NCBI GenBank assembly: GCA_964016885.1
Contig: OZ024743.1
Span: 316,758,001 to 316,822,000, forward strand
Direction of reading: 5' to 3'
DNA: 64,000 nt
From: Eledone cirrhosa
Lineage: Eukaryota
Part shown: piece by piece, positions 61,281-64,000 of the stretch
Layout: every line of letters begins with the position of its first letter
How positions within the stretch are numbered: the first letter of the stretch is position 1
Translations under genes and position numbers: made by a program
Notes under the pieces: generated by a model
Databases searched by the model: none
What the model was told of the DNA's origin: nothing
The model's input: only the letters and a program-made list of their open reading frames with translations

Positions 61281-64000
61281 TATGTAAGGGACCATGAACA
61301 ATTGTACCAATGTTCATCTATATAATGTATGTAAGGGACCATGAACAATTGGACCAATGTTCATCTATATAATGTATGTAAGGGACCATGAACAATTGCA
61401 CCAATGTTAATCTATATAATGTATGTAAGGGACCATGAACAATTGCACCAATGTTAATCTATATAATGTATGTAAGGGACCATGAACAATTACACCAATG
61501 TTCATCTATATAATGTATGTAAGGGACCATGAACAATTGCACCAATGTTCATCTATATAATGTATGTAAGGGACCATGAACAATTACACCAATGTTCATC
61601 TATATAATGTATGTAAGGGACCATGAACAATTACACCAATGTTCATCTATATAATGCATGTAAGGGACCATGAACAATTGCACCAATGTTCATCTATATA
61701 ATGTATGTAAGGGACCATGAACAATTACACCAATGTTCATCTATATAATGTATGTAAGGGACCATGAACAATTACACCAATGTTCATCTATATAATGTAT
61801 GTAAGGGACCATGAACAATTGCACCAATGTTCATCTATATAATGTATGTAAGGGACCATGAACAATTACACCAATGTTCATCTATATAATCTATGTAAGG
61901 GACCATGAACAATTACACCAATGTTCATCTATATAATGTATGTAAGGGACCATGAACAATTGCACCAATGTTCATCTATATAATGTATGTAAGGGACCAT
62001 GAACAATTACACCAATGTTCATCTATATAATGTATGTAAGGGACCATGAACAATTACACCAATGTTCATCTATATAATGTATGTAAGGGACCATGAACAA
62101 TTACACCAATGTTCATCTATATAATGTATGTAAGAGACCATGAACAATTGCACCAATGCTAATCTATATAATGTATGTAAGGGACCATGAACAATTGCAC
62201 CAATGCTAATCTATATAATGTATGTAAGGGACCATGAACAATTGCACCAATGCTAATCTATATAATGTATGTAAGGGACCATGAACAATTGCACCAATGT
62301 TCATCTATATAATGTATGTAAGAGACCATGAACAATTGCACCAATGTTCATCTATATAATGTATGTAAGAGACCATGAACAATTGCACCAATGCTAATCT
62401 ATATAATGTATGTAAGGGACCATGAACAATTGCACCAATGTTCATCTATATAATGTATGTAAGGGACCATGAACAATTGCACCAATGCTAATCTATATAA
62501 TGTATGTAAGGGACCATGAACAATTACACCAATGTTCATCTATATAATGTATGTAAGGGACCATGAACAATTACACCAATGTTCATCTATATAATGTATG
62601 TAAGGGACCATGAACAATTGCACCAATGCTAATCTATATAATGTATGTAAGGGACCATGAACAATTGCACCAATGTTCATCTATATAATGTATGTAAGGG
62701 ACCATGAACAATTGCACCAATGTTCATCTATATAATGTATCTAAGGGACCATGCACAATTGTACCAATGTTCATCTATATAATGTATGTAAGGGACCATG
62801 AACAATTGCACCAATGTTCATCTATATAATGTATGTACGGGACCATGAACAATTACACCAATGTTCATCTATATAATGTATGTAAGGGACCATGAACAAT
62901 TACACCAATGTTCATCTATATAATGTATGTAAGAGACCATGAACAATTGCACCAATGCTAATCTATATAATGTATGTAAGGGACCATGAACAATTGCACC
63001 AATGCTAATCTATATAATGTATGTAAGGGACCATGAACAATTGCACCAATGCTAATCTATATAATGTATGTAAGGGACCATGAACAATTGCACCAATGCT
63101 AATCTATATAATGTATGTAAGGAACCATGAACAATTGCACCAATGCTAATCTATATAATGTATGTAAGAGACCATGAACAATTGCACCAATGCTAATCTA
63201 TATAATGTATGTAAGGGACCATGAACAATTGCACCAATGCTAATCTATATAATGTATGTAAGGGACCATGAACAATTGCACCAATGCTAATCTATATAAT
63301 GTATGTAAGGGACCATGAACAATTGCACCAATGTTCATCTATATAATGTATGTAAGAGACCATGAACAATTGCACCAATGTTCATCTATATAATGTATGT
63401 AAGAGACCATGAACAATTGCACCAATGCTAATCTATATAATGTATGTAAGGGACCATGAACAATTGCACCAATGTTCATCTATATAATGTATGTAAGGGA
63501 CCATGAACAATTGCACCAATGCTAATGTATATAATGTATGTAAGGGACCATGAACAATTACACCAATGTTCATCTATATAATGTATGTAAGGGACCATGA
63601 ACAATTACACCAATGTTCATCTATATAATGTATGTAAGGGACCATGAACAATTGCACCAATGCTAATCTATATAATGTATGTAAGGGACCATGAACAATT
63701 GCACCAATGTTCATCTATATAATGTATGTAAGGGACCATGAACAATTGCACCAATGTTCATCTATATAATGTATCTAAGGGACCATGAACAATTGCACCA
63801 ATGCTAATCTATATAATGTATGTAAGGGACCATGAACAATTGCACCAATGTTCATCTATATAATGTATGTAAGAGACCATGAACAATTGCACCAATGTTC
63901 ATCTATATAATGTATCTAAGGGACCATGCACAATTGTACCAATGTTCATCTATATAATGTATGTAAGGGACCATGAACAATTGTACCAATGTTCATCTAT

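Larger units (their letters stand above)
1..64000. repeat. 47-bp tandem satellite array, about 1,360 head-to-tail monomers, open at both window ends
   Basis: Monomer CATGAACAATTGCACCAATG(TTC/CTA/TTA)ATCTATATAATGTATGTAAGGGAC repeats continuously (1-47, 48-94, ...). 64000/47 is about 1362. Same orientation throughout and no non-repeat sequence seen. Confidence 0.99.

Noticed and set aside
1-64000. CRISPR-like array (palindromic repeat with regular period)
   Set aside because: The sequence between palindromes is constant, so there are no unique spacers, and there is no leader or cas gene.
1-64000. Rolling-circle or sequencing concatemer artefact
   Set aside because: Variants recur in ordered, nested blocks at exact monomer offsets, which random error on a single template would not produce.
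1-64000. Variant order as an information-bearing code
   Set aside because: The patterns are adequately explained by duplication, slippage and conversion. Nothing in the window indicates a read-out mechanism.

Overview
The whole 64-kb window is one uninterrupted, head-to-tail satellite array of a 47-bp monomer (consensus CATGAACAATTGCACCAATGTTCATCTATATAATGTATGTAAGGGAC, 16/47 G+C, about 1,360 copies). I saw no strand switch, unique spacer, inserted element, RNA gene or credible CDS; the six listed ORFs are read-throughs of the repeat. Monomers usually differ from consensus by 0-3 bases. Rare variants work as markers and show nested duplications at many scales: 2, 4, 8, 11, 17, 27, 28, 29, 47, 57, 66, 80, 97 and about 177-187 monomers. 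Every offset I checked equals n x 47 corrected exactly for the intervening indel monomers. Each monomer holds an imperfect palindrome that a common allele (GTTCAT to GCTAAT) breaks. It looks like a young, homogenised eukaryotic satellite, possibly (peri)centromeric or subtelomeric, but that is inference. I do not recognise the family or organism and found no evidence of a gene-encoded system. Offsets were counted by hand and block boundaries are approximate.
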